DNA of 64,000 nucleotides from a virus, in the IMG/VR virus record IMGVR_UViG_3300030117_007673, positions 32,001-96,000 of that record; one strand, given 5' to 3'. Position 1 is the first letter of the stretch, and every line of letters starts with the position of its first letter. The notes below the pieces were generated by a model. It was not told the origin of the DNA, made no database searches, and saw nothing but the letters and a program-made list of their open reading frames with translations. The position numbers and the translations under genes are program-made. Positions 46,310-54,938 of this stretch are shown here, one piece after another.

Positions 46310-49204
46310 ATGCCAGCACAGAATTTTAAATTTGTTTCGCCCGGAATTTTTATTAATGAAATTGACAATTCGCAGCTTACTGCGACCCCCGAAAATATTG
46401 GACCACTTGTTATTGGACGCTCAGAAAGAGGTCCTTCACTAAGACCAGTTAAAGTTGATTCTTTTTCGGAATTTGTAGAAATTTTTGGTAATCCAATCCC
46501 CGGTGGAAAGGGCGGAGATATTTGGAGAGATGGCAACTATACGGCTCCGACATACGCTGTATATGCAGCCCAGGCATGGTTGCGAAATAATTCTCCCCTT
46601 ACTTTCATTAGACTACTTGGAGATCAGCACACAAATGCAACTTCTGCTGGATATGCCGGCTGGAAACAATCTACAGTTTCAGAAACTCCTGGTGGAGCTT
46701 ATGGGCTTTGGCTTTTTGATAGATATACAACCCCAGAGATTAGTCCATTTACTCAGGGTCAAATGACTGCTTCTCTCGGAGCTGTTTTCTATACAGATAC
46801 CAGTACTTCTCTTGTTCTCTCCGGTGGGCACTCTGCCGTAGATAGAGCAGACCCCGCAGCAGCTGCTCAAGATTGGGTAGGTGGCGCGGAAGGTCAAGGC
46901 GTTCTTCGTGGCTCAGGCTCAGCGGATAGTGACTGGGTAATGTTGATTAACGGAACAAATGGAGACAAAGGCACGGAGAAAATTAGCTTTAACTTCAATA
47001 GAAATAGTGATAAATATATTAGAAAAGTGTTCAACACCAATCCAACGCTTTTGAATTCAACTATCACCTCTGGTAACAAGTACGGTTATTGGCTTGGTGA
47101 GAGCTATGACAGTCATATTGAACATCACGGCGGATTGATTTCTTATGCTGCTATTACAGGACTCTCGTCAAAAGACTCCTCACCAAAGGATTGGTCAGAT
47201 TGGAACTTCGGCGTGAAAAGAGGTGAAACTGGCTACTTTATCGCTCAAGATTTGGGCGTTGCTTCCAACTTCAAAGCAGAGCATGCTCAGAAATTATTTA
47301 AGCTTGTAGCTCTAGATGGCGGCGAAAGTCTTCAAAAGATGGCTAAAGTATCTATTATGGATATTAAACCGTCTTCAAATGACTTCGATCCATATGGAAC
47401 ATTCACCATCGCCTTGAGACATCTTGGAGATACTGATAATGCTCCTGTGTATCTTGAAAAATTCTCAAATTGTAGTTTGAACCCTAATTCTTCAAATTAT
47501 ATCGCAAGAAAGATTGGAGATATGTATAGCGACTGGGATGATGTAGAGAAAAGATATAAGCATTACGGCGCTTATCCAAACGCCTCTAAGTTTTGTAGAG
47601 TAGTTGTTAACGATCAAGTTGCCGAAGGTGTTGCAGATGCGCGATATCTTCCAGTTGGTGTTATCGGACCTTCGAGAATGAAGACTTTCTCCTTCTCGGG
47701 AAGTGCAGAAAATACTGATAATAAATTCTTTGTAACTAGTGACTCCGATATCGTTTCTGGTGCCTCGGATACTGCTCTTTTGACAGGAAGCCAGCATCAA
47801 TTCCATCATGTTTCTGGTGCAAGCTCAAATGTTAAATGGCAATTCCCCAAACTTCCACTTCGTAACATGTCAACAGATGACGATCTTGCGAATCCGCAAT
47901 TGGCGTTCTGGGGAGTCAGAACAAATCGTAGTGGATCTACAAGATTCGATGAGAGCGTTACCGATGTGACAAGAATTGGATTCCCAGGAACCAGCGCTAC
48001 TCCAGCCTCTGTTGACTCTACCTACTTAGAAGATTCATTCATCTTCACGTTGGATGATATCGCTAGAATGTCTTCTGGCAACACTTCCGGTAGTTATCAA
48101 TATGTTTCCGGTAGTCGAACCGGTAATTTCTCTGTGTCTGCACAGAGTGGTTCTTCCTATTTGCTAGAGAATGCAAAACTAAATCGATTTACGACAGTTT
48201 TCGCTGGAGGCTTCGACGGCTTAGATGTCAAGGAAAGAGAACCATTTAGAAATACAAAATTGGGAACTACAAATTCCACTGAATTAAACAATTACGCTTT
48301 CTACTCAGTTAAAAGAGCGATTGATGCAGCCTCAGATGCAGAAGTTGTAGAATACAATTTGGCAACTATTCCAGGTGTAAACAATACCTCATTAACTGAA
48401 CATCTAATCAAAGTTTGTGAAGATCGCGGAGACGCCCTGGCAATTATCGATTTGGAGAATGACTATGTTCCAGACACAGAAGGTACTTCTGCAGAGACTA
48501 GTCGTCTTCCAGAGCCCGAACAAGCCGTAACGTCCCTAAGACAAAGAGGTCTTAACACAAGTTATGGTTGCGCTTACTTCCCATGGGTACAGATTAGAGA
48601 TACTCTCGCTAATCAATTGCTCTGGGCTCCACCTTCAGTTGTAGCTCTTGGCACCATGGCATACAGTGAAAGACAGGAAGAACTTTGGTTCGCTCCCGCA
48701 GGCTTCACCAGAGGTGGGCTTAGCGAAGGTGCCGCAGGTATTCCAGTCACTAATGTGAAAATGCAGTTGAACTCGAGAGAAAGAGATCGACTCTATGCGG
48801 CTAATATTAACCCGATTGCTTCATTCCCAGCAGAAGGTCTTGTAGTGTTTGGTCAAAAGACCCTCCAAGTAACACCATCTGCTCTTGATAGAGTCAATGT
48901 TCGTCGTCTGCTAATTCACCTCAAGAAGGAAGTTTCTAGAATTGCAGCCACTACATTGTTCGAGCAAAATGTGCAATCAACTTGGAATAGATTTGCCGGT
49001 CAGGTTGAAGTATTCCTTAACGATGTTAAATCTGGCTTAGGTTTGACGGACTTCAGGGTCGTATTGGATGAAACTACGACGACTCCTGAATTAGTTGATA
49101 GAAACATTCTTTACGCAAAGGTATTCCTTAAACCGGCCCGCGCTATTGAGTTCATCGCTTTGGACTTTGTTATCACCGATACAGGTGCATCATTCGCAGA
49201 TTAA
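46310..49204 (+). CDS. gp18: Contractile tail sheath protein (gp18-like)
   Basis: VSPGIFINEID, WFAPAGFTRG, LY...INPI, VVFGQKTL, RVNVRRL, LKPARAIEFI. Confidence 0.96.
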   Translation: MPAQNFKFVSPGIFINEIDNSQLTATPENIGPLVIGRSERGPSLRPVKVDSFSEFVEIFGNPIPGGKGGDIWRDGNYTAPTYAVYAAQAWLRNNSPLTFIRLLGDQHTNATSAGYAGWKQSTVSETPGGAYGLWLFDRYTTPEISPFTQGQMTASLGAVFYTDTSTSLVLSGGHSAVDRADPAAAAQDWVGGAEGQGVLRGSGSADSDWVMLINGTNGDKGTEKISFNFNRNSDKYIRKVFNTNPTLLNSTITSGNKYGYWLGESYDSHIEHHGGLISYAAITGLSSKDSSPKDWSDWNFGVKRGETGYFIAQDLGVASNFKAEHAQKLFKLVALDGGESLQKMAKVSIMDIKPSSNDFDPYGTFTIALRHLGDTDNAPVYLEKFSNCSLNPNSSNYIARKIGDMYSDWDDVEKRYKHYGAYPNASKFCRVVVNDQVAEGVADARYLPVGVIGPSRMKTFSFSGSAENTDNKFFVTSDSDIVSGASDTALLTGSQHQFHHVSGASSNVKWQFPKLPLRNMSTDDDLANPQLAFWGVRTNRSGSTRFDESVTDVTRIGFPGTSATPASVDSTYLEDSFIFTLDDIARMSSGNTSGSYQYVSGSRTGNFSVSAQSGSSYLLENAKLNRFTTVFAGGFDGLDVKEREPFRNTKLGTTNSTELNNYAFYSVKRAIDAASDAEVVEYNLATIPGVNNTSLTEHLIKVCEDRGDALAIIDLENDYVPDTEGTSAETSRLPEPEQAVTSLRQRGLNTSYGCAYFPWVQIRDTLANQLLWAPPSVVALGTMAYSERQEELWFAPAGFTRGGLSEGAAGIPVTNVKMQLNSRERDRLYAANINPIASFPAEGLVVFGQKTLQVTPSALDRVNVRRLLIHLKKEVSRIAATTLFEQNVQSTWNRFAGQVEVFLNDVKSGLGLTDFRVVLDETTTTPELVDRNILYAKVFLKPARAIEFIALDFVITDTGASFAD

Positions 49205-49227
49205 TTAAGGATTTTTTATTACGCTTT

Positions 49228-49235
49228 ACTATTTA
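49228..49235 (+). promoter_or_regulatory. Late-promoter motif ACTATTTA
   Basis: Upstream of the tail tube gene. Confidence 0.65.
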
Positions 49236-49260
49236 GCTTTGAAGAGGAGACAACAAAACA

Positions 49261-49785
49261 ATGGCAAATAATAGATTTTGGGCCGATAGTAGACTAGAGC
49301 CAAAAAGGCAGCATAGGTGGCTTCTTTTTATAGGTGGGCGGGCAAAGATCCCCGCGTACATCATCAAAAAGGTTGATAAACCAAAGATTACAGTTAACTC
49401 AACTGAGCATAAGTTTTTTGGTCACTCCTTCTTCTACCCAGGTCATGTTACTTGGGATCAAACAGCAGTAACGCTTGTTGATCCTATTGACCCGGACACT
49501 TCCAATATTCTTTATGGAGCTATTCGTGCGGCAGGTTATGATCCTCCCACTGATAGAGATGGAGACGCCCCTCACACCGTATCAAAGGCGAAAGCCACGA
49601 ATCATTTAGGTCAGATTAGACTCCAGCAAATGGATCCTGATAATAAGCCAGTTGAAACTTGGAAATTATTCAATCCATGGATCTTAGATGTAGCCTGGGG
49701 ATCGCTTGATTATTCGTCTGACGATATGGTAGAGCTTCAGGTGACTTTCCGTTACGATTATGCTACCTATAAGCGAGGCGGATAA
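49261..49785 (+). CDS. gp19: Tail tube protein (gp19-like)
   Basis: EPKRQHRW, KP.IT, W...VTL.DP, WKL..PW...WGSLDYSSD...QVTFRYD. Confidence 0.88.
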   Translation: MANNRFWADSRLEPKRQHRWLLFIGGRAKIPAYIIKKVDKPKITVNSTEHKFFGHSFFYPGHVTWDQTAVTLVDPIDPDTSNILYGAIRAAGYDPPTDRDGDAPHTVSKAKATNHLGQIRLQQMDPDNKPVETWKLFNPWILDVAWGSLDYSSDDMVELQVTFRYDYATYKRGG

Positions 49786-49801
49786 TAACTAAGAGGTAAT
49801 T

Positions 49802-50650
49802 ATGACAGTTAGAAATAACGAGGATCGAGTAGGTGCTCCGATCCAAGACAGCGCTCCTGTAGAGCAAATGGCACAAAGCAATGAAACTTTTTCATTCGCC
49901 ACACCTACCGAATTTGTTGATTTACCAACAAAGGGTAAGTGCTATCCTGAAGGTCATCCACTGTACAACCAAGAGACAGTGGAGATTCGTTACATGACCG
50001 CAAAAGACGAGGATATTTTAACCTCCCAATCTCTTTTAAAGAAGGGGTTGGCAATTGACAGGCTCTTGCAGAATGTCATTGTCGACAAAAGTATAAAAGT
50101 TGGCGAACTTTACACAGGCGATAAAAATGCCATTCTTATTGCAGCAAGAATCACAGGGTATGGTGAAGATTATTCTGCCAATTTAACCTGTCCAGCTTGC
50201 GGTCATGTTGAGAGACATGATTTTAATTTGTCTGATGTAAGGATTAACCACGGAGAAGATGAAGTGCCCGGCGTTACGAGAACGAAGAACAATACTTTTG
50301 TTTTTGAATTGCCTAAAAGTAAAGTGTCAGTTGAAGTAAAGATGATAACCGGACTTGAAGAGAAAAAGTTGTCTGACTTGGCTGAAAAGCGTAAAAAGTT
50401 AAAAATGCCTGAAGCTCCCTTGACGGACCAATTCAGATCTATAATCGTGTCCGTCAACGGACACACAAGCAAAGACGCTTTAGAGTCTTTTATTGAAAAT
50501 ATGCCGGCACTTGATTCCAAATATCTCAGGGGAATGTACGCTAGAATCACTCCCAATGTAGACATGACGCAAGTTGTAACTTGCTCTAATTGCTCTAGTG
50601 AATCGGAGGTACAGATACCGTTCACGGTAGACTTTTTTTGGCCTAAGTGA
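49802..50650 (+). CDS. Tail assembly chaperone / gp26-like protein
   Basis: DLPTKG..YP, MTAKDEDIL, GDKNAILIAARI.GYG, CPAC, CSNC, ends DFFWP. Confidence 0.75.
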   Translation: MTVRNNEDRVGAPIQDSAPVEQMAQSNETFSFATPTEFVDLPTKGKCYPEGHPLYNQETVEIRYMTAKDEDILTSQSLLKKGLAIDRLLQNVIVDKSIKVGELYTGDKNAILIAARITGYGEDYSANLTCPACGHVERHDFNLSDVRINHGEDEVPGVTRTKNNTFVFELPKSKVSVEVKMITGLEEKKLSDLAEKRKKLKMPEAPLTDQFRSIIVSVNGHTSKDALESFIENMPALDSKYLRGMYARITPNVDMTQVVTCSNCSSESEVQIPFTVDFFWPK

Positions 50651-50825
50651 TGAGTATATAGAGCAAGTGTATGAGACATTCTTCTTTTTAAAGTATCATG
50701 GAGGATTCAGTTTTACCGAAGCTTATAACCTTCCGGTCAAAATTAGAGCATGGTTCACTCAAAGATTAATCAATCAACTCGAAACAGAGCGAGAAGAAGT
50801 AGAAAAGGCGCAAGGAAAGAGATAA
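50631..50825 (+). CDS. Start-less downstream frame (gp51/GT-like), probably reached by frameshift
   Basis: FFGLSDEYIEQVYETFFFLKYHGGFSFTEAYNLPVKIRAWFTQRLINQLETEREEVEKAQGKR*; the +1 frame opens right at the T7 run 50633-50639. Confidence 0.65.
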   Translation, partial: TFFGLSDEYIEQVYETFFFLKYHGGFSFTEAYNLPVKIRAWFTQRLINQLETEREEVEKAQGKR

Positions 50826-50839
50826 AATAGTATTTCAAA

Positions 50840-50847
50840 ACTATTTA
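50840..50847 (+). promoter_or_regulatory. Late-promoter motif ACTATTTA
   Basis: Upstream of 50868 and the tape measure gene. Confidence 0.6.
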
Positions 50848-50867
50848 TGGTTTAGAGGACCAATTTT

Positions 50868-51206
50868 ATGGCAAAGCTAAACGAAGACAAAATTTCAGAA
50901 GTAACAATTGATTTCTCAAAGATCAGAGATAAGAGAATTGATGAAAGTTATTTGACACAACTTGGTACTGTTGTTGGGTACGCCTTGGAAAAGATGTTTG
51001 CAGGAGCTGGAACTCTATTGAATGTCCGTGGAACTAATGCGGAAATTGGAGCGTTCTTAACCGCCCTGACAGCGGAAAAAAATTACCTTCAAAAGTTTAT
51101 GCAATATGGACTTGGAGACAAAAAGACTTATGAGTCTCGTTATAAGTTAGACTCTGCCGTTAAGAATTTTGAAAGAGAAACCGGTTTAAAGTGGCCGATG
51201 AAATAA
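50868..51206 (+). CDS. Hypothetical protein
   Basis: 112-aa ORF ending FERETGLKWP. Confidence 0.6.
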   Translation: MAKLNEDKISEVTIDFSKIRDKRIDESYLTQLGTVVGYALEKMFAGAGTLLNVRGTNAEIGAFLTALTAEKNYLQKFMQYGLGDKKTYESRYKLDSAVKNFERETGLKWPMK

Positions 51207-51218
51207 GGGGCTTAACCG

Positions 51219-53840
51219 ATGGCAGATGAAAAAGACATAAAAGCTGAATTAAAAGTACAAGAATTACAAAAAGTAAGAGCTGATTTTATAAAGAAAGAAT
51301 TGGAAGCTCAAGAGAAGCTTACAAAATTAAAAAATAAATATGTTTCAGAATTAGATCTAGAAATACAGAGAAGAAAAACCGTTGCTGAGCTTGACGAAGA
51401 ATACGTAGATGTGCTAATGGCCACAAACGAATCGTTAAAATCTCAGTTAGAAACTAGAAAACAGAACCTCGAAAAAGCCATCGAAGAGGGGAAAATTACT
51501 GCACAGCAGCAAAAAGCCGACGAAGAAAAAATAGCGCATCTCGAAGCGATGAACGCGCTCACCAAAGAACAACGTGAAGAGTTAGCTAAGGAGTACTCCG
51601 AAAGAGTCAAAATCAATCAAGAGTTTGAAAAGACTGTTGGCCATGCCACCGCCTTTGGCAAAAGAATGACTGGTCTTCTCGGATTGGGGATAGACTTCGG
51701 TGATACATTTATTGGAGGGCTTGCGAATTCAGGCAAGCTAATGCTAGATTTAACTGCCAAATCAGGAAATCTTGGTAAAGTTATGAGTAGCAAACTGATG
51801 TCAATGGGGCCGCAGCTTCTTGGGTTGGTGGCGACTAGAACAGAGGAGCTTTTTACAGCTACAGATAGTCTGGTTTCAGGTTTTGTTAGGGCAACCGGAG
51901 CAAATGAAGAATTTAGAGATTCTTTGATCGATGGAATGAATGCGGCTCGTGGAATGGGCCTATCCATTCAAAATGCAGGTGTGGCAACGCAGGCACTTTT
52001 TGAAAGCACAGTAGCGTTCAGAAGGGCTTCGGCACAAGGTCGAGAAAGCATGATTCTTTTCACCTCTACTTTAGAACAAGCAGGTGTAGACTCGCAAGCG
52101 ACAGCCAGAAACATACAAATACTTTCTAAGACCTTGAATATAGCCGGTGAGGATGCGGCAAAAGAAGCGAGTAAATTGGTGACGCTAGCCACAAGTATTG
52201 GACGACCAATAAGTCAAGTTTCCGCTGACTTTGCAGAGGCCGCAAGTACCATTTCTGCGCACGGTCAAGATATGATGCAGGTCTTTTCAGAGTTATCCGC
52301 AGCTTCAGAGGCAACAGGGTTGTCGATGGGTAATTTGTTGGGAATCGCAGCGCAATTTGACACTTTTGATTCTGCAGCATCTGCTGTTGGTAGATTAAAC
52401 AGTATTATGGGTGGACCATATCTCAACAGTATTGAGATGGTATATATGAGTGAATCCGAAAGAATCAGGGCAATGCTTGAAGCAACAGAATTGTCTGGCG
52501 TGTCTTTTGAATCAATGAGTAGGCTTGAGAGAAGGGCCTTCGCTGCTGCCGCCGGTATTACTGATATGGCGCAAGCCAATGAGTTGTTCTCTGGTGGCCT
52601 CGCCGCATATGATGATGCTCAAGCAAGAGCAGATCTTAATGCCGCTTCACAGGAAAAGTTAGCCGAGTTGGCGAAAGAGTCTACAACAATGTTTGAAAAT
52701 CTTTCGAACGCGTTAAATGCGTTAGCAGTGAGCATGGCACCGATTATAAACGTTTTTAGGTTAATGATTGAGGGACTGTCAATGTTTCTAAATCTTGGTG
52801 ATGGACTTATAGGCAAGCTTGTTGGTATCGGCGTTGCGATGAAGAGCGTAATTGTCTCTTTCAAACTTTTAATGATAGGCATGGCTAAACTCATACCTGT
52901 CTCTATGCAATGGAATATGATTGCAGCCATGTTGACAGCTAAACAAAGTTTCTTGGCCCTTAAAACTACTCTTGCCACGATAGCTCAAAAGGCCTACGCC
53001 GCCGCAATTGCAAAATGGAATGCTGTAAGTATATTACAAAAAGCTTTAATGATTGCGACTATACCACTATTAGCTGCAAAAACCGCCGGAACTATGTTGA
53101 TGACCGGCGCTTGGGGCTTAGCAAAGATAGCGGTGACAGCCTTTGGTATTGCTTTTAATGTAGCTACACTTGGCATACCTCTTCTAATTGCGGGAATTGT
53201 TGCAGCTATTGTAGGTATAGTTTACTACTGGGATGAAGTGACAGCAGCCTTTGGCACTGGGTTTGATTTTATTGCTGGTAAATTCAGCGATTTGGGAGCG
53301 TTTGTAAAAAACATGTTCACTGACGTCGGAACATTTTTGTTAGGACTGGTAGATTTATGGTTCCTTCCCCTACGAACGCTTATTAACAGTGTCCTTGGTG
53401 GAATAAATCTTGTCGCCGGCGCAGTGGGAAGCGATATGAAATTGAAACTTATACCAACAGTGACCGAAATGGCTGGAATGCAAGAGGGCGGCACGTTGAC
53501 TCAAGGATCTGCAATTGTAGGTGAGACAGCTGGCGGGCCTGAGTTGCTTACAAACACTCCTGCAGGTCCAAAGATCACACCATTGCCAGGTGGAGGTAAA
53601 GGTATAAATTCTGGAGCAAATCTTGTAGCCGCGCTGCAGGAAAACACAGCAACAATGAAGGCAATGATGGCTGCAACAGGCGGAGGAGGAGGAGGAGAAG
53701 GTGGAGATAGGCCAGCAGAGATAGTCGTAAATATGGGAACTCAACAACTTCGATTAGCCGCGAGAGTTCTTAATGGTGCAATTAATAATCTTCCCGAGAA
53801 GGACATTGCGCTTAGATATGACGGCGTAGGGAGAGCGTAG
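51219..53840 (+). CDS. Tape measure protein
   Basis: 873 aa, helical Ala-rich with hydrophobic stretches, GG.....IVGE..GPELL C-terminal motif; follows the tail chaperone. Confidence 0.85.
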   Translation: MADEKDIKAELKVQELQKVRADFIKKELEAQEKLTKLKNKYVSELDLEIQRRKTVAELDEEYVDVLMATNESLKSQLETRKQNLEKAIEEGKITAQQQKADEEKIAHLEAMNALTKEQREELAKEYSERVKINQEFEKTVGHATAFGKRMTGLLGLGIDFGDTFIGGLANSGKLMLDLTAKSGNLGKVMSSKLMSMGPQLLGLVATRTEELFTATDSLVSGFVRATGANEEFRDSLIDGMNAARGMGLSIQNAGVATQALFESTVAFRRASAQGRESMILFTSTLEQAGVDSQATARNIQILSKTLNIAGEDAAKEASKLVTLATSIGRPISQVSADFAEAASTISAHGQDMMQVFSELSAASEATGLSMGNLLGIAAQFDTFDSAASAVGRLNSIMGGPYLNSIEMVYMSESERIRAMLEATELSGVSFESMSRLERRAFAAAAGITDMAQANELFSGGLAAYDDAQARADLNAASQEKLAELAKESTTMFENLSNALNALAVSMAPIINVFRLMIEGLSMFLNLGDGLIGKLVGIGVAMKSVIVSFKLLMIGMAKLIPVSMQWNMIAAMLTAKQSFLALKTTLATIAQKAYAAAIAKWNAVSILQKALMIATIPLLAAKTAGTMLMTGAWGLAKIAVTAFGIAFNVATLGIPLLIAGIVAAIVGIVYYWDEVTAAFGTGFDFIAGKFSDLGAFVKNMFTDVGTFLLGLVDLWFLPLRTLINSVLGGINLVAGAVGSDMKLKLIPTVTEMAGMQEGGTLTQGSAIVGETAGGPELLTNTPAGPKITPLPGGGKGINSGANLVAALQENTATMKAMMAATGGGGGGEGGDRPAEIVVNMGTQQLRLAARVLNGAINNLPEKDIALRYDGVGRA

Positions 53841-53842
53841 AA

Positions 53843-54589
53843 ATGGCAATTAATGAATTTAAACATGGTGATAGATCAGATATTCTAGCCAACAAAGAGA
53901 ATCTGACTATTGATATTTACAGTGTTGTAACTAAGAGAAACGTCAAGTTTAAGGCTTTTATAACACAGTTTATTGATTCTTTTGATACCAATTATGATGA
54001 TGAGTTTTTTGGGGGCAATATCGAGCCAAGTAAAAAAATGACTTCTGTTGTCCGAAAGATTTCTTTAGGATGGGATGTTGTTGCGAATGGTGTTGATGAA
54101 GCAAAAGAAAACACACAGCGTGCTTCTGCTTTGTTCCAGATGCTATACCCAAAGAGGACGCTTGAAGATGGTCAGTTTTTCGCACAAAGCGGTGGCACAC
54201 CACTTTTTAAGATTAGATTTTTAAATTTGATTGGAAAAGCCGGAATGCCATGGGGTCCAGCCAGCACTAGTGGCTTGTTGGGGTACTTGGATGGGCTTTC
54301 GTATGATGTTGATCCGACGATGGGATTTTTCAAAAACCCAAATAATCACAACGAAGTATATCCGCAATATATTAAATTTTCTTGTATGTTTTATCCTCAA
54401 AACATAATTCCTCCATCTCACGTAGAAGGCGAGGAAGGATTTAATCTGGATAAGTATCCTTATCAGACGGATCCGAAATTCTCAAATAGAACACCCTCTA
54501 CTCCCACAGGAGATCCGGGAGATAGTCAACAAAGTACAGCTGTCGACAACCTTTTACAATCGACTCTTGAAGGATTAGGTTTTGGATAA
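53843..54589 (+). CDS. Baseplate/tail-tube initiator-like protein
   Basis: FKAFITQFIDSF...RKISLGW...YP...P.FKIRF; follows the tape measure gene. Confidence 0.6.
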   Translation: MAINEFKHGDRSDILANKENLTIDIYSVVTKRNVKFKAFITQFIDSFDTNYDDEFFGGNIEPSKKMTSVVRKISLGWDVVANGVDEAKENTQRASALFQMLYPKRTLEDGQFFAQSGGTPLFKIRFLNLIGKAGMPWGPASTSGLLGYLDGLSYDVDPTMGFFKNPNNHNEVYPQYIKFSCMFYPQNIIPPSHVEGEEGFNLDKYPYQTDPKFSNRTPSTPTGDPGDSQQSTAVDNLLQSTLEGLGFG

Positions 54590-54930
54590 TGGGTATTAGA
54601 ACATCAAATAAAAACAAAGTAGTAAACGACTCAGAGATATATAAAAATTCTGAGATGTTTAAAAACAGGGGAGTGAAACAAGTTACTCAATATACAACAC
54701 CCAACATAAGGCACCCAAATGCGGAAGAGATGAAAAGATTCATGGTTATAAACCATATATGGAAGATTGGAGACAGATTTTATAAACTTGCATATGAACA
54801 CTATGGAGATTCAAAGTATTGGTGGGTCATAGCCTGGTTTAATCAAAAACCTTTAGAGTCTGACTTTAAAATTGGAGACATCGTACTCATTCCAAAACCT
54901 TTGGAAGAAGCATTAACTTATTTCGAGTGA
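54589..54930 (+). CDS. LysM-type baseplate wedge protein (gp53-like)
   Basis: GDRFYKLAYEHYGDSKYWWVIAWFN...GDIVLIP. Confidence 0.8.
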   Translation: MGIRTSNKNKVVNDSEIYKNSEMFKNRGVKQVTQYTTPNIRHPNAEEMKRFMVINHIWKIGDRFYKLAYEHYGDSKYWWVIAWFNQKPLESDFKIGDIVLIPKPLEEALTYFE

Positions 54931-54938
54931 GAAAATAA

